This document shows positions 39,024-58,507 of a DNA stretch of 64,000 nucleotides, piece by piece (the stretch's first letter is position 1; every line of letters begins with the position of its first letter). Source of the stretch: Auanema rhodensis (lineage: Eukaryota > Animalia > Nematoda); contig OZ059894.1 in the NCBI GenBank assembly GCA_964057225.1, positions 16,616,001-16,680,000 on the forward strand. The letters are read 5' to 3'. The notes beneath the pieces are model-generated. The model saw only the letters and a program-made list of their open reading frames with translations, was not told where the DNA came from and made no database searches. Both the position numbers and the translations under genes were made by a program.

Positions 39024-39949
39024 AGTAGTATGTCATAAGTTTTCGCTGGACGGTCATTTTGTCCATTTTCCAGTTTTCAACACTTTTTGACTATTTTAAT
39101 GCACAAAATCATCAAAAATCTGTCTTAACTCATCGAAAAACCGTCATTTCTGAAAAAAATGATAGTTTTAGTCCTTTGGTCATTCTGTAAAAACACAGTA
39201 GTTTCAAAGAATAAATACAGTAATAAATGACGAAGCTAAAAAAAGTTCTCTCTTTCTTCTTTAAAAATGGAGGTGTTAGTTCGCACCGGACGCATGCCGC
39301 ATTTTTTTGTGGCTCGTACTGAAACAAAGCAATTAAACCAATTCTCTGATTGAATTAACTTACTCGGTCATCTGGACACGCGATTCCTGATATCGCCAAT
39401 ATGCAGTCGTAACTGATAATCTTCGTATCCGGATAATGATCAGCTACTTCGGCGATTGGCATGTTCTGGGGATCATTGAAGGCGAAGCTTTTCTTGGCAA
39501 CCGGCACCCCGAGGAAGTGGCCAGCATAGTTAAATGAGTGCGTTTACCTTCAGAAGAATCTAGATTGACAATACCTATTTCTCTTTTCTTAATTAGTGGT
39601 GGCAAAGTGAATCTCATAAAGATTCCTCCGAAATTCTTGATTTCTAGCTTTTCTGCAAGATTCATAAGACCGAGATTTGTTAGTGGTTTCAGATTCTTAC
39701 TTAACTTGTTCATTTATTAGGATTAATTTATTCGAAAATGTGAAAAATCTTGAATTTGAGAAAAGAGAGGTACAGGGCAAAATGACCAAAGGACTGGACA
39801 GTCCAAAATTATCATTTTTTCAGAAATGACGGTATTTCGATGAGTTAAGACAGATTTTTGATGATTTTGTGCATTAAAATAATCAAAAAGTGTTGAAAAG
39901 TGGAAAATGGACAAAATGACCGTTCAGCGACAACTTTTTACATACTTCT
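39024..39949 (-). mobile_element. Non-autonomous mini-Maverick/Polinton (926 bp)
   Basis: About 160-bp TIRs starting AGTAGTATGT / ending ACATACTTCT; 6-bp TSD CTTTTT (39018-39023 and 39950-39955); internal adenain-like protease fragment. Confidence 0.85.
39533..39713 (-). pseudogene. Truncated Maverick adenovirus-type cysteine protease (N-terminal ~60 aa, ending at the catalytic His)
   Basis: LTNLGLMNLAEKLEIKNFGGIFMRFTLP...EIGIVNLDSSEGKRTH matches the Polinton PRO pattern F.G.F....LP...I.NLD.S...GTHW. Confidence 0.8.
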
Positions 39950-40472
39950 CTTTTTCAGCTTCAATTGTAAGAAATATGAAACATTTACTTCTTGAACAGG
40001 TAATCACTATATTTTTTTTTCCGATTAATATTAAACTTATGATGGGAAAGTTTCATTTTAATAATTTGAAATGAATTATTTTAAAAGTGTTTTGTGATTA
40101 GTTCATATTTCAGAACTTTATATTTAGTTGGACTATGTTTCATATAATTTTTACAAGCTTTTTAAAATAAATCTTCATTGACAACAGTGATCTGTAAGAG
40201 CTCATGCAAACTAACTGACTATAATTCTCTTTGGAAACCACTTTTCAAGTACTATATGTATAACTTTTACCAGATAACTGGATCAGGTGTTTTGTTCCCG
40301 AAAGTTAGTGTTTTAGAATATAATCGTTCTTCTCGATAGTTTGGATTCTATGATGGTTCGCATAATGTAATCAGCTTATTCAGATTACAGACAAATTCTA
40401 TTGGACAGTTGAGCACTTTTTGGTTAACCCAGTCACTTCTATCGTCCAATGAAAAATTGAAAAGCCGTAAAA

Positions 40473-46322
<5,850 letters not shown>

Positions 46323-48066
46323 TTTGAATAAAATATTTAAATTGCCTTGTATACCGCGCCACTATTGGCTTTTCTTATATACGAATATGTGGAAATGATT
46401 ATCTATTTATATAATTCTATCATTTAAAGAAAAGAAATCTTTCAAAGTTCAAAAATGACCAATTTCTTCTAATTAAGGGTAAAAAATAGATTTGAATTTC
46501 CGACAATAAACTATGTTGATAGTGATTACAGGCATTGACTACTCTCGTCTTCGGCGATAACACGATTTATCTTACACAAAATAACCAAATCATCATTGTG
46601 ATATCAGTTTTGTATGAGAGCATTATGTTTAGATTGTAATTGTTTTCTGGCTATCTCTAGTCTGTAGTAGATAGTTAACATGATAGACATTCCGATTGAC
46701 AAACAAAAACTCTTTTCCGTTTCTTGTTTGATTCCATTTTTTTTGCGATTTTTTGTATTTTAAGAACATCATATTTGTCCTTGAATGATGTACTTTATCA
46801 TGATAACAGAATAGAATTGCTCATTCTTTTTATAGAATTTTAATAGTTTGTTCATATTAATATTCATGTTCCTTTTTGTAATTATATATATGATTCTCTC
46901 ACTCACTCACTCACTCATTCTCTCTTTCTCTCTCTCTATAAATATTTTATTATTATATAGTTAACTAATACTTTAGATAATCGAAAAAATCAAGAAACAG
47001 TTTTGTAACGGTTGTCAACATTATGCGATCAGCTAAATCAGCTGATAAGGGAAATGATGAGGTAACATTACTCACTTAAAATATTTTATTTATGATTAAT
47101 ATCATTATACCATATAATATTTAAAAGATTTCGGGTTATATTTAACATCTATAAATGGGAAATTAGTTAAATATCATATAGACTAATGGCAACTTCAAAG
47201 CAAATTACGTTTATGTTTGCAAAAGAATTTATTGGAAAGATATGAAAAGGTTTTAAGCTTCTAATCCAATGTACATAAGGCTATTCATTGTCTTTAATTC
47301 GAAAACCAAACCGTTGTTGTTCCGTTAATGATTATCGTAAATCTTCACTTCAACAACTACTGTTTTGAATTGTACTTCATGCCCTCTTCACACTATATAA
47401 CTTGGAGTTGTTTAAACATTTTTTTAATAAGATTATATACATATGTATTATGGAAATGATATAATATTTGTTATAAATTTTGTAAAAAAGTCCTTCATTT
47501 TACTTTTTTTTATATTTTATTTCAAATTTTCATAGTAAGTTTGACAACTAAGTTGTTAAGTTTTTCATTTTGCAGTTGTGCTGAAATATGATTCAGTAGT
47601 TCGCCTATTGAATGTGTCTTTTTCATTTCTAAAAATTATTAAAAGATCAATAAAATATTTTTTGTCTCATATATATATATATCATTTCAATTTTTCTTAC
47701 AATCAAAGAAATGGAATTTATCTGTTGACCTTCAAAAGCAAAATATTCTTTTTGGCAATTTACAATCCAAGATATTAGATTGAGTATTACAACGTTTTCT
47801 AAACTGATCGCTTGCTTGTCTTTCACTAACGATTTTCTTCCTTTTTTTTATATTTTGCACTTTTCTCCGAACTTTAAATATCTTCAAGCATATAATGCTT
47901 TTTTTTCTTTTCTCGAAGGGTTCTTGTTGTAATTTGCTGCTCCATGGTTTAAGGGGAATATGCCTATGGCAAGACATGCTTCCGGCAGGGTCTGTGAACT
48001 TTAGGCAACAAATATGTCTCCTTTGATTTATGTTTATTATATATTATAAAATATAAAATATATAGT

Positions 48067-48069
<3 letters not shown>

Positions 48070-48097
<28 letters not shown>
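48070..48097. repeat. (TA)n microsatellite
   Basis: Direct reading. Confidence 0.95.
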
Positions 48098-48102
<5 letters not shown>

Positions 48103-48187
48103 TTCATTAACTTTATCTTTTTTTATTTGGATTATACGATATTTTCTTTCATTTTTCAAATATATTAAATCTATATTTTAGAGCTGT

Positions 48188-51100
48188 ATGTTGAATACTG
48201 AAAGGTTAGAGAATACTACTAAAAATGGAGCTATTGAAATTCCAGAAAATCATTTAGATTCGGGTTTGTATAAGTAAATTGCTTCTTTCAGTTAAATCTT
48301 TTTTTAAGAAAGAAAAACTGACTCTAAATGGTTAATTAAGAAATTTAAATATATATTATTCTTATTAACTATAATTAGTATTATATCATTATTAGTACTT
48401 TGTATAACTTTATATATTTTACTTCAATTCAATCAGGTTTGAAATCTTTTTTTTTTTGGTTTTTTTAAAAAATGTTTATATTAGTCACGTGTATTACCCC
48501 AAACATCTCCAAAGACTTCATCAGATACAGACGTTCCTATAGACGTTCATACGGTACAACCATTATAAACTTTCATTTCTTATTTTTCTTTTATTAGAAT
48601 GGGAATTCCACAAGCAAAGCATCGTTTAATGAATATCCATGGCATGACTCTACATGTAATTCTGTGGGAAAATGCAAAAAATCTGGGTTTGTCATTTATA
48701 ATTTTAATATTTTAAAATATTTTTTCGTTAGATATGAAAAACCACCATTATTAATCATAAGTTTTGATGGCTTTTCATATAAATATATGGAAAAGAATAT
48801 CATGAAATCATTGGAATATTTCTCAAGTTGTGGAGTAAAAGCCGAGGTAGAAATATTATTTTATGAGTTTCCTTTTACATGATGTTGTTGTTTAGAAAGT
48901 AATTCCTTGTTTTCCTTCTCGAACTTTTCCTAATCATTATGCCATTGCAACTGGATTATATCCAGAATCCCATGGAATAGGCATGTTTCTATCATACAGT
49001 TTAGTAATTTTTTGATTTTAAAATAATTTAGTTGATAACAATATCTATGATCCTACTATATCTCCTCAGCCAGAAAGCACAAAAACAACAAAACATAATA
49101 ATTTCTGGATGGGAACACCGGTAAAAGGAGAATCTTGAATAGGTTTTTATCAAATTTATAGATTTGGAAAGCATATCATGATCAAACCAAAAGAAAAACA
49201 TCTTGTTTATTTTGGCCAGGCTGTGCATATAACATATCAGGTTTGAAATTACAAAAACAAAGCTTAAATAGGAATAAAATATTTTAGGTTATAAGCCTGA
49301 AAATTCCCCACCTTATGATAAATCATTAAAGTTGGAAAATCGCTTTGAGATGGTTCATAAATGGTTGGCTGATGAAGATCATCCAGAGCTTGTATTAGCT
49401 TATTTTGAACAACCAGATACAGCTGGACATCATCAGAAATCTGAGAAAGATGTTATATCTACTTAGTTTTCTTCAAGAAATAAATATTTTTTTCAGATTG
49501 AAGATGCTCTGATAGAAATTGATGGATTATTGAACACATTTTTGACGGATCTTCATAAGGATGGTCTTTTAGATTGTATAAACATAGCTATTGTTTCAGA
49601 TCATGGTAATTTAAAGTTTTATCAATATTTAATTATTTTTTGTATTATAGGAATGCAATTGCTTAATAATCTTGTATATATTCCTGATTATGTTGATTCT
49701 AAAAATGTTGTTGCAACTCAAGGAGTTATAGGACGTTTATTCTCAGGTTAACTCACTTTTCAAAATATTTATAACATAATCTTATAATATTTAGCAAATA
49801 TTACCATTGAAGAATTAGCTGAACCATTTTCATGTCAAAAAGTTGATGGAGTTCGTCTTTTCACTCGAGGTTCGATGCCTGTTCGAAAGCATCATGCTAA
49901 GATTCCGAGAGTAGGAGATGTAATTTTGCAAGGAGAACCTGGAACTACATTTGAGTTAGATTGTTTCATATAATTAAAATTGAAAACAATACTTGTAGTA
50001 TAAAACGAAGAGGAATGCTAGCAGCTGATCATGGATATGATATTATTCATGATAACATGCACACAATTTTTTTCGCTCGAGGTCCAGCTTTCAAGCAAAA
50101 CTTCACACTTCCGCCTTTTCAACACATTGAATATATGAATTTATGGACAGGTTTTCATTTTTTAAATTCGTATTTATCCAAAACATAAGTTACAGAACTT
50201 TTAAACTTGAAACCTGTACCCAACAATGGCTCAATTGGTTTTATGGATCAAATTCTGGTTAAGCCTCCTTCACGAAAATCTTTCGAAGAATCAAACATCA
50301 GGTTGCTTCTATTTGCTTCATTTGATTTGAATAACTGTTTGAATCTTTAGTGAATGTGAGCTGAACCAACAATCATATTTTGTTAATCCGTGTAAGACAT
50401 GTAGACAATCAGTTGAGGTATATATCAAGAACAATTAAGAAAAATAGAATTTTTTTATTATTTGAAGAATAGTATGAATGAAGCTATATCATCATGTTCT
50501 TCAATTAGTAATGATTATCTTCAATTCAAAACTCCATTAACAACATGTTCTAAGAACTATTGTAATACAACAATTTGGAAAATGAATAGTAAGTATAAGA
50601 TAATTATATAATAAATTAAAATTATTTTAGAATCAAATATAGTTTTGGAAGAAATTGCCAGGAATGATCTACTGAAACATTTTGATTGTCCAGCCAATGT
50701 TAAAAAATATATTGAAACATCTACATGTGTTCCACCTTCTGATAACCAAGCTTATCTTTCTTCGTCACCTTACTCACGTATTTTGCTCTTATTTGATATT
50801 TGATGCTGAAGATTTAAATTTTTAGTTTTCGGACAAGTATCTGGTACTGAGTTTAATGCTACTGGAGGTTTTCAAAAATGTATGTTTCAAAACACGTTAA
50901 CTATATAATTTTTATAAATTTATAGTTGTGTTGGAGCCACTTAATATCTTAACATTGAATTATGCTAGAAAGTTTGAAAAGATTTGGACAATTAGTGGAT
51001 TAGCATCAGATGAGAATATAGATGGTGTAGCTGACATAGAACAGTAAATATTCAGTTTTTTAATGAAATGATTGTTTATTTCTGTACTTCAGATCAAGTT

Positions 51101-51519
51101 TAACACATTTCTACAGAAGTATTTTCTATTGTTCATCACATATAAACTCTGAATGTACAAAAATGGATGTAATATCATTTATATTTCCTTTAATTGACAC
51201 AGATATTAACTGTTTGGTAAGAATATTCAAATATATTTGGTGTGCGCAAAAGTTTCTGGCCTTCCTTTCGGCCACATGCATTCATCCACCTCATCTTTTT
51301 TCAAATGTGTGTCCAGAAACTTTTGCACACATCTAATATTTTGGAAGATGTAAAACTAAAATACTTTTTTTCTTTTAGAAATCAGATGATTTTTTGATGG
51401 AATATTCTGCACGATTGATGGATGTTGAACTAATCAGTGGTTTAGTATGGACACCTAGAAGTATTTCAAATGAAGAATACCATCGTATACGAATACATAT
51501 TAATATGAAATTAATATAA
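48188..51519 (+). CDS. Type II membrane ectonucleotide pyrophosphatase/phosphodiesterase (ENPP1/3-like)
   Basis: N-terminal TM; [11 protein letters not shown]; [23 protein letters not shown]; QPDTAGH; VSDHGM; DHGYD; PNNGS; C-terminal nuclease-like region. Confidence 0.92.
51236..51336. mobile_element. Mariner-derived MITE (~101 bp) in the last ENPP intron
   Basis: About 24-bp TIRs TTTGGTGTGCGCAAAAGTTTCTGG / CCAGAAACTTTTGCACACATCTAA flanked by TA; TIR resembles mariner TTAGGT..GTGCAAAAGT ends. Confidence 0.8.
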
Positions 51520-52058
51520 ATGATTTAATATTCACTTAAGAATATATATGATTGTATATATATATTTATATAAACATTTATTTATATTTTAAAATCAATA
51601 TTCAGTTCTTCTGCAGTTGCTGCCACTGCCACTAAGCATAAGCATAAGCCTAAGCATCTCAAATCTTCAGGTAGTGGATAAGTCTGAAATATAGTAAAAT
51701 ATATATTTTTTTCTATTTATTAAATAAAAATCTTATAAAATGATCTCAATACTATTATGACAGAAATGTTTCATGTCTTTCTTACATTTCTAACAAGAAA
51801 ACTTGTGTAAATAACAGGAAATCTAATAATTACCAGATATTTATTCAATTAAGATTATTGATGTTCAACAAATATTTTGAAGTTTGATCTATTTATGAAA
51901 ATATATTTATAAGTTATATTAGAAACTAATGTAGATGAAACATCAGTCAGGAAGAGAAGCACTTATGTTATCAATTTAGAGGATTTCCTCTTAATGTTTC
52001 AAAGAAGAAACTAAAAATATATATAATAAATAAAATAAAAATAAAGGAAAAGCTTAAT

Positions 52059-53328
52059 TTATTTCAAATATGGATTGATAATGTATTTTATAAATTCATC
52101 AGTTGATATTTGAAGATGATCACCATCAATTGCAACCATTTTAACTTTTCCAGCTTCATTTAATTGTTTCAAACCAATTAAATCCTTAAATAAAATATCT
52201 TTATATATATTTAAATAATTTTATTTTCTAACCTCTTGGTATAATCGAGTTTCATTTAAAGTTTGAAGAATAGTAGTACCTGGAGCATAGAATTGAAACC
52301 ACTGTAAAGAGGAAAAGATTAGATTGATGATAATAGTTGAATAGATTCTTACAGATGATTCTCGCGGTACAATCATATGATCATTTGAAAATTTGATTAA
52401 TAAAATATTTTTTAATTTCATAAAATTCTTTTTATAATTCATATTGATTTTCTATAAATATTATTATAATTATAAATAATTTAATATTATTACTTACTCC
52501 TTCATTATTGATATCAGCTAAGAATATATTTTTCTTTTGATATCCATTTTCATCATATGGATCATGCCAATATTGTGCTTGTACTGATCTTTATAATTAT
52601 ATTTATTTTTTAAAATAAAAATAGTTTATAAACCTTGTTTGTACAAATGATGTATATGCTCCATAATCCAGCATTTTACTCATTAATAAGCAAAACTTAT
52701 GTTGATCTGTTGCACAGTAAGGTATTCCAAATATTCCTTGTTGTTGTCCTCCAACTAAAACTAAAATATATTAACTATATTGTGATAGTTTATACCTGAT
52801 ATATAATTTTTCATAGGTGGATTTGGACATCTTTCAGCAACAGCTCGTCTATAATATCTCAAAAGATTATTCATATTAATAAGTTAAATTAACAGAAATT
52901 GTGCTCCTTGAGAGAAACCTATAGCATTATATCCTTGACTTAATTTAGGATCTTCAGCTATTTGAGTACAAGCAGATTCAACTAGTTCATTCATATTTGC
53001 AAAAAATCCATGTTCAGTATCCTATATATTTGATAATTTTGAAAATTTCAAGAATTTGAAAGACTTACAGCTACAACATTTCCTCCAAACATTAAGCTTT
53101 TAACATAAACTCCTTCAACATTTGATTCAATCAGTCGTTTTATACGACCCATAGATAAAGGATTACAACATGTATCACCTATATATAATATTAATTAATT
53201 AAAATATATATTATTCTTTAAAACTTATTACCCATTCCATGCCATATTACTACAGGAACAGCACTTAATGCTTTTTCACAAAAGCATAATTGAATACAAA
53301 GTATAAGAAGAAATATAAAATTCTTCAT
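52059..53328 (-). CDS. ppt-1: Palmitoyl-protein thioesterase 1
   Basis: Signal peptide; [19 protein letters not shown]; GFSQGAQF nucleophile elbow; QAQYWHDP; DGDHLQ. Confidence 0.95.
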
Positions 53329-53690
53329 ATCTTAAAAATATTAAAAGTAATAAATAAAATAAAAACTAATAATAAAAGAAAGAAATCTTTATACTATTGT
53401 TAGAGAGATATTTGAATCAATATATTGACCTATGGAACTTAACAGATGATTATAGAGACAATTGGTCATTTTTCTTAAGATCTCTTGAGATACATAGTTT
53501 GTTTTTCAATTTCTTTTAAAAAATAATTGAACAAACAAATAATTATTATGAAGATCTTTATTAAGGTTGGCAATTAATAAATTTAAATGAACACGTATTC
53601 GAATAACAGTTCAAATAATATTATAATTAAATTTTTTTTGTTTAAATGAGAATTAATTGATTAGTTGACAATTTGTTCTATTTGAAATAA

Positions 53691-56477
53691 CTAGATCTTC
53701 TTGAAATCATCTAAGAAATCTCCGTTTATTTCTTTCTCAATGGTCCATGGGTCAGCTGCAACAGCGGTAAAGTGCTCCTCTGTGGAAAAGCAATTTTGCA
53801 CCTGGAACAAGATCATGTAAAGGTTTGAATTGAGAGATAGAGAGAGAGAGAGAGAAAGAGAGATAGAGAGAGAGAGATTGAACAGTAATGTGATTCACAA
53901 CTCACTTCCTTGTTTGGTCCGTGGCAGACAATCTTGAAGCCAGGTCTCTTTGATACGCATGTTCTGACACGGCTTCTTTCTCCGTTAACACATCCACTCC
54001 ATACAGTCCATGGAGTATATTCTCCGAAGACAACTCCTGAAAGAATTTTTCTTTACTCTATTTCATAGATTTTTTAAAATTATTTTCAATATGTTGAATT
54101 TACGTGAATGCTTTCAATTTGTCGTTCCATACTACTGCTTTCCTCTTCTTGTATGTATATCATATCCACTTTCTCTATCTCTCCCCCCCCTCTCTCTCCC
54201 CCCTCTTTCTCTCTCCCTTTCTCTTTTTCTCTTTCTCTTTCGCTTGCTCTTCCTACTTGGTTTTAGCTTACTTTTGCACTCTCTGTTCACCTGATTCCTC
54301 TCTAATAATTCTTATAATGATGTTGAGAGCATCGAGATATGCGCATTTCCGATTAGATGAGAAAGACTTTGATTTCCATATACTTAGCAATTTATAATTC
54401 GTCTTCATATGAACATTTGAGAATTTTCCAACAGCTCTCAACAGTTTCATTTGATTTGATTTTTATTTTTTATTTTTCTTACTCATTTTTGAATAATTTA
54501 ATTGATTGTTGATATATCTTTTACTTAGTAAATGTTTAGTTTTTGAATTGTTAATTGGAATTTGATTTGAAAGCTTAGTTAGGCACATTCTTCAAATCCT
54601 GGATGACATATGAAAAGTTGTCAATGAAAGAAATTAATTTGAAGAACCCAAAACATGAATGGACATCCAATGACTCAATTAGATGTTCGGATTCGAATCA
54701 GTTGAAAAAGAGATAGAACGAGAGAGAGAGAATTGGAAACACAAAAGCAATTGGCCTGAAAGAGAAAAAGCTGTTCCATGATTGGGTATTGGAAAAATCC
54801 GTAGTTTCTATATAAGACATTTGAAACATAAATAAAAGGGAAGGGTAATGAAGAGAGATGAAGAGAGAAAGAGAATAAAGACTCGGCCTCCCTTGTCTTA
54901 TAATTGGACCAACCGGGAAAGCACAAAACTAAGTGCGAGAGAGGATAGTACAGAGGGAGTAGTGCGGATTGTACAGAGCATGCGGCAAATTGAAAAAGAA
55001 AAGAGAGTTGGATATAATGATTGTGAAAAAGAAAGAGAGAGAGAGAGAATGAGAGAGAAAATTTTATCTTCAGTCAGACTCCTTCTGAAGAGCTAGAGAG
55101 TAAAATTTGTGGATTGAGTATAAAATAAAACAATGAAAGGAGTCCTGTTAGTTGAGCATGTTTCTATAGCTCTTTTAGATTCAGTTGTAACTGACCACAT
55201 GACCTAAATATGGAGCTGCTGCTCCTCAACCTCTCTTGTTTTAACTCGTTTTCCCTTCAGCTAAAATTATCGTTCTCCTACACACTACCTTGCTTCCTTT
55301 TTTGAATTTCACGCTTCATATCTCAAAAGTTCTGATTCCGTTTAGTGGAATCGATGTTATTTCTTTCTTACTTTATACAAAACACAATTTTGTGTTGGCA
55401 AAACAAGAAAAATGTCATTTTTCTGGTATTCAAGTTATTTTTTTTCATAAAAATATGACATCTTGTTGAATTTATAAACGTTTTAAAAAAATATTCAAAA
55501 ATCTAATATGTTTTATTAAGTTTATCTTCAAATATTCACTAATATTAGTCTATATTTAATTATATTTATATAATTAATTATCTATTTATCTATATTTAGA
55601 TATTAAACTATTATATATTTTACTATTTTTTTATATTTTTATATATGTATAGAGATAAATAGACTATGTATTATAACTAAAAATGTTTTTGTTCTCTTTC
55701 TATGCTCATTATTTTTCGAATATTTTAAGTTTCAAACTTTGACACTCACGTTCTTGTTCCTGAGGTTGGGCAGCATGAAGGAGTACTTCACCATCCTTGG
55801 CTGGAGCCTCGTTTCCTACTTGTCCAGTCACAACCTTGACTCCTTGAGCTTTCTGTCTGAGCTGAGCAATCTGTTCAGCTGAAGTCGGATGTTTGCTTCC
55901 ATATGATATTCCGCTTTGACTTACCCTTAGCTACTGAGGCAGTTTGGAGAGGGTGGAAGGTTTCAACCAGATCAAAACGAGTTCTGTCATAGGGTCCAAG
56001 ATATAAAGACTAAAAGCATTTTGTCAACATTCAACTTCAACTTAAGCTTATTAAAATAATTAAGAAATATTCATTCTTGTCATAACATTTAAACAAACCT
56101 TTGAAGCATCAGTGTCAACTGTTACAAGAATTGGCGAATCATGAATCTTAGAATCATGAACTGGAGCTGAAAGAGTGACTCTTAGTGAAGCCTCATTGTC
56201 TTTTATTTTAAGTTTGAATCAAATATTTTGAGAATTTCCTCCTATGATCCGAAATATAAAGTTTATTTTATCATATCTTGGGAACACGCTCTTATATCTC
56301 TTTATCTGTTATTTTGAAATAAAAGCAAATCAGTTCATGTTCAAACTTCAATGTTTGAAATTATTTAAAAAAAATTAACAGAACATATTTAAATTCTTAA
56401 GTGTATTTAAATAAAAAATAAGACTTACCGGCATAAGCTGAGCCAATAATCAAAAAAACTGTCGTTAAGTAGAGCAT
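53691..56477 (-). CDS. Small secreted protein with one C-terminal thrombospondin type-1 repeat (6 exons)
   Basis: MLYLTTVFLIIGSAYA signal; in-phase exons leading to YTPWTVWSGCVNGERSRVRTC...C..PNKEVQNC; stop TAG. Confidence 0.8.
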
Positions 56478-58452
56478 AGTAGTAGTATATATCCTAAACT
56501 TTTGAAGAATATGAATAGTAACTGACGAGGCCAAAAGATACGACGAAGGTCACACCAAAGAAAGAAGGAGAAGAAATGAATGGTATGAGAGTCAAAACAG
56601 ATATATGTTTAGATCCCGGATTAGAGATAGTAGGTCCTTTCTCATAAATATAGAGAAAAGACAATGCCTGCCCCTAAATTCGCCCTCCCCTCTTCCGTAC
56701 AGAAAACTGTACAGAAGGAAAAAAAACAAAAATAGTTGTTTATTGTTTTTTTTACAAATTATGAAACAAATAAATAAAAATAGAACAGTTGTTGGTTAAA
56801 AATATATAATTTTAGTTAAAATATTAAAAATAATAAGATTATAAGATAAAATAGTTATGTGAAGTGTTGCTTAGATTAGTACTTATCGGAAAGATCGAAC
56901 AGATTAGTGACTATATGGAAGGTGAAAAGTGACCAGGAGAAAACCCAGACGACCTCTTGAGATGTAAAAGAAAAAGCTAAGTGAGAAAGATCAAGCTGCA
57001 TTGTGACGGTAAGATCTGATCACCTGGGCGGAGCAATGAAATTCCTGGAATGCGGGCTAAAACAGGTCGTTGCCCCCCGGCACTATTATAGCTAGTTTTA
57101 GCTTGTCTGATCTGCGAACGACGGAGGAAGTGATGCATGCGTGGAGCTAGTGAGGATAGAGGTAGTAGAGGCTGTATATAAAGAAAAAACCATGAAGAAA
57201 CCATTACAGTCAAATGAGAGAATACTGAAAGTTCAGAAATTAAATCGGCCGTGTCGAGATAAGGATGGAGGTTAACAATTCCAGAATTTTCTCAATATCG
57301 TGACATGAAACTCAAGCCTTATAATGCAAAAAATAATCCGAAGAAAAAGTATTTATATAATATTAATTGACCCAAATCCTAAAGAATTACTAGTTAGATA
57401 GCAACTTTTATCTAATTGACATTGGTATGAATCATAAATATTTGGTTAATTTACAATATATCTTAATCTCATGTATCGTTAATGTTTTATTAGCTTGTTA
57501 ATTGAAGTTTTTTCAATTAAAACTATTTTCTAAATTCTCTTTTCTTTCATTTTTTTCTCCTCAAAACCCCCCTTCATTTCTCAAACAAAGGTCATGTTTC
57601 CTGTGTTTTTCGTTATCTCTTTGACATGCGATAAGCCTTCTCGCTTAAGAATAACTTGAAATGAAAGCAAATTCATCAGAAAATTCAACGGAACATCATC
57701 TCGTTCCGAACTTTTAAGTTGTCGTCTGAATCTACGTAAACGTCATCTATCTCATATGACAGCAGGATACGCTGTTTCGTCGTAGATGTGATGGTGGTCG
57801 TCGTCTTCAGTTGTTTCATGGGCACCCCCTTCATACCACGCAAGAGTTGGAGAAAATGAAGACGAAAGACAAGAAATGATAGAATGACGGCGATGAGAAT
57901 CAGATTTTCTAATGATAAATTGGACTGAAAGTTCCAGACAAATGACTTCTTTCGTTTTTCAAGATTTAGCAGATGAACAAGAAGCTCGAAAGCTTCATCC
58001 AGGAATACCGAAACCGAGAGATCATGTGACCGATATATGGAGCGATAGACAAGTGAAAAGGATGAAAAATTCAATTACTATTGCTTGTATTTCTTTTTTA
58101 TTTCTGGGACAAAGAATTAGCGAAAATTCAACTAGATGAGTCTTTAAACTGTCCTCATTAGGAATGTGAGGTGTTCCGAAGGCTAGCTGTTTTGTTGTTC
58201 TGTTGTGGCTAGCGTGTCCTTCCAAGGGTCGGCTGTCTGTACCCAGCGAGTAGATGGTTTATGATTTGATTTTCCGTCATCAGACAGGGTGCTAATAGAT
58301 AAGAAAAGTCATGTTAGTGATGAGTGAAGAGAGGGAGAGAATCCGATTGTATAGAGTTCAAGAAAATCATACATGGAGTACAGATTAAGAGAGACAATGA
58401 ATGAGGAATGAGGACGAGGTAGAGATAATATGAATATATTAGAAAAAAGCGC

Positions 58453-58454
<2 letters not shown>

Positions 58455-58500
<46 letters not shown>
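58455..58500. repeat. (GA)n microsatellite; similar GA/CT tracts at ~53833-53877, 54170-54240 and 60100-60195
   Basis: Direct reading. Confidence 0.95.

Positions 58501-58507
<7 letters not shown>

Noticed and set aside
55200-55262. Extra exon candidate within the TSP1 gene intron
   Set aside because: Introduces an immediate stop in the required phase; skipping it gives the intact TSP1 frame.
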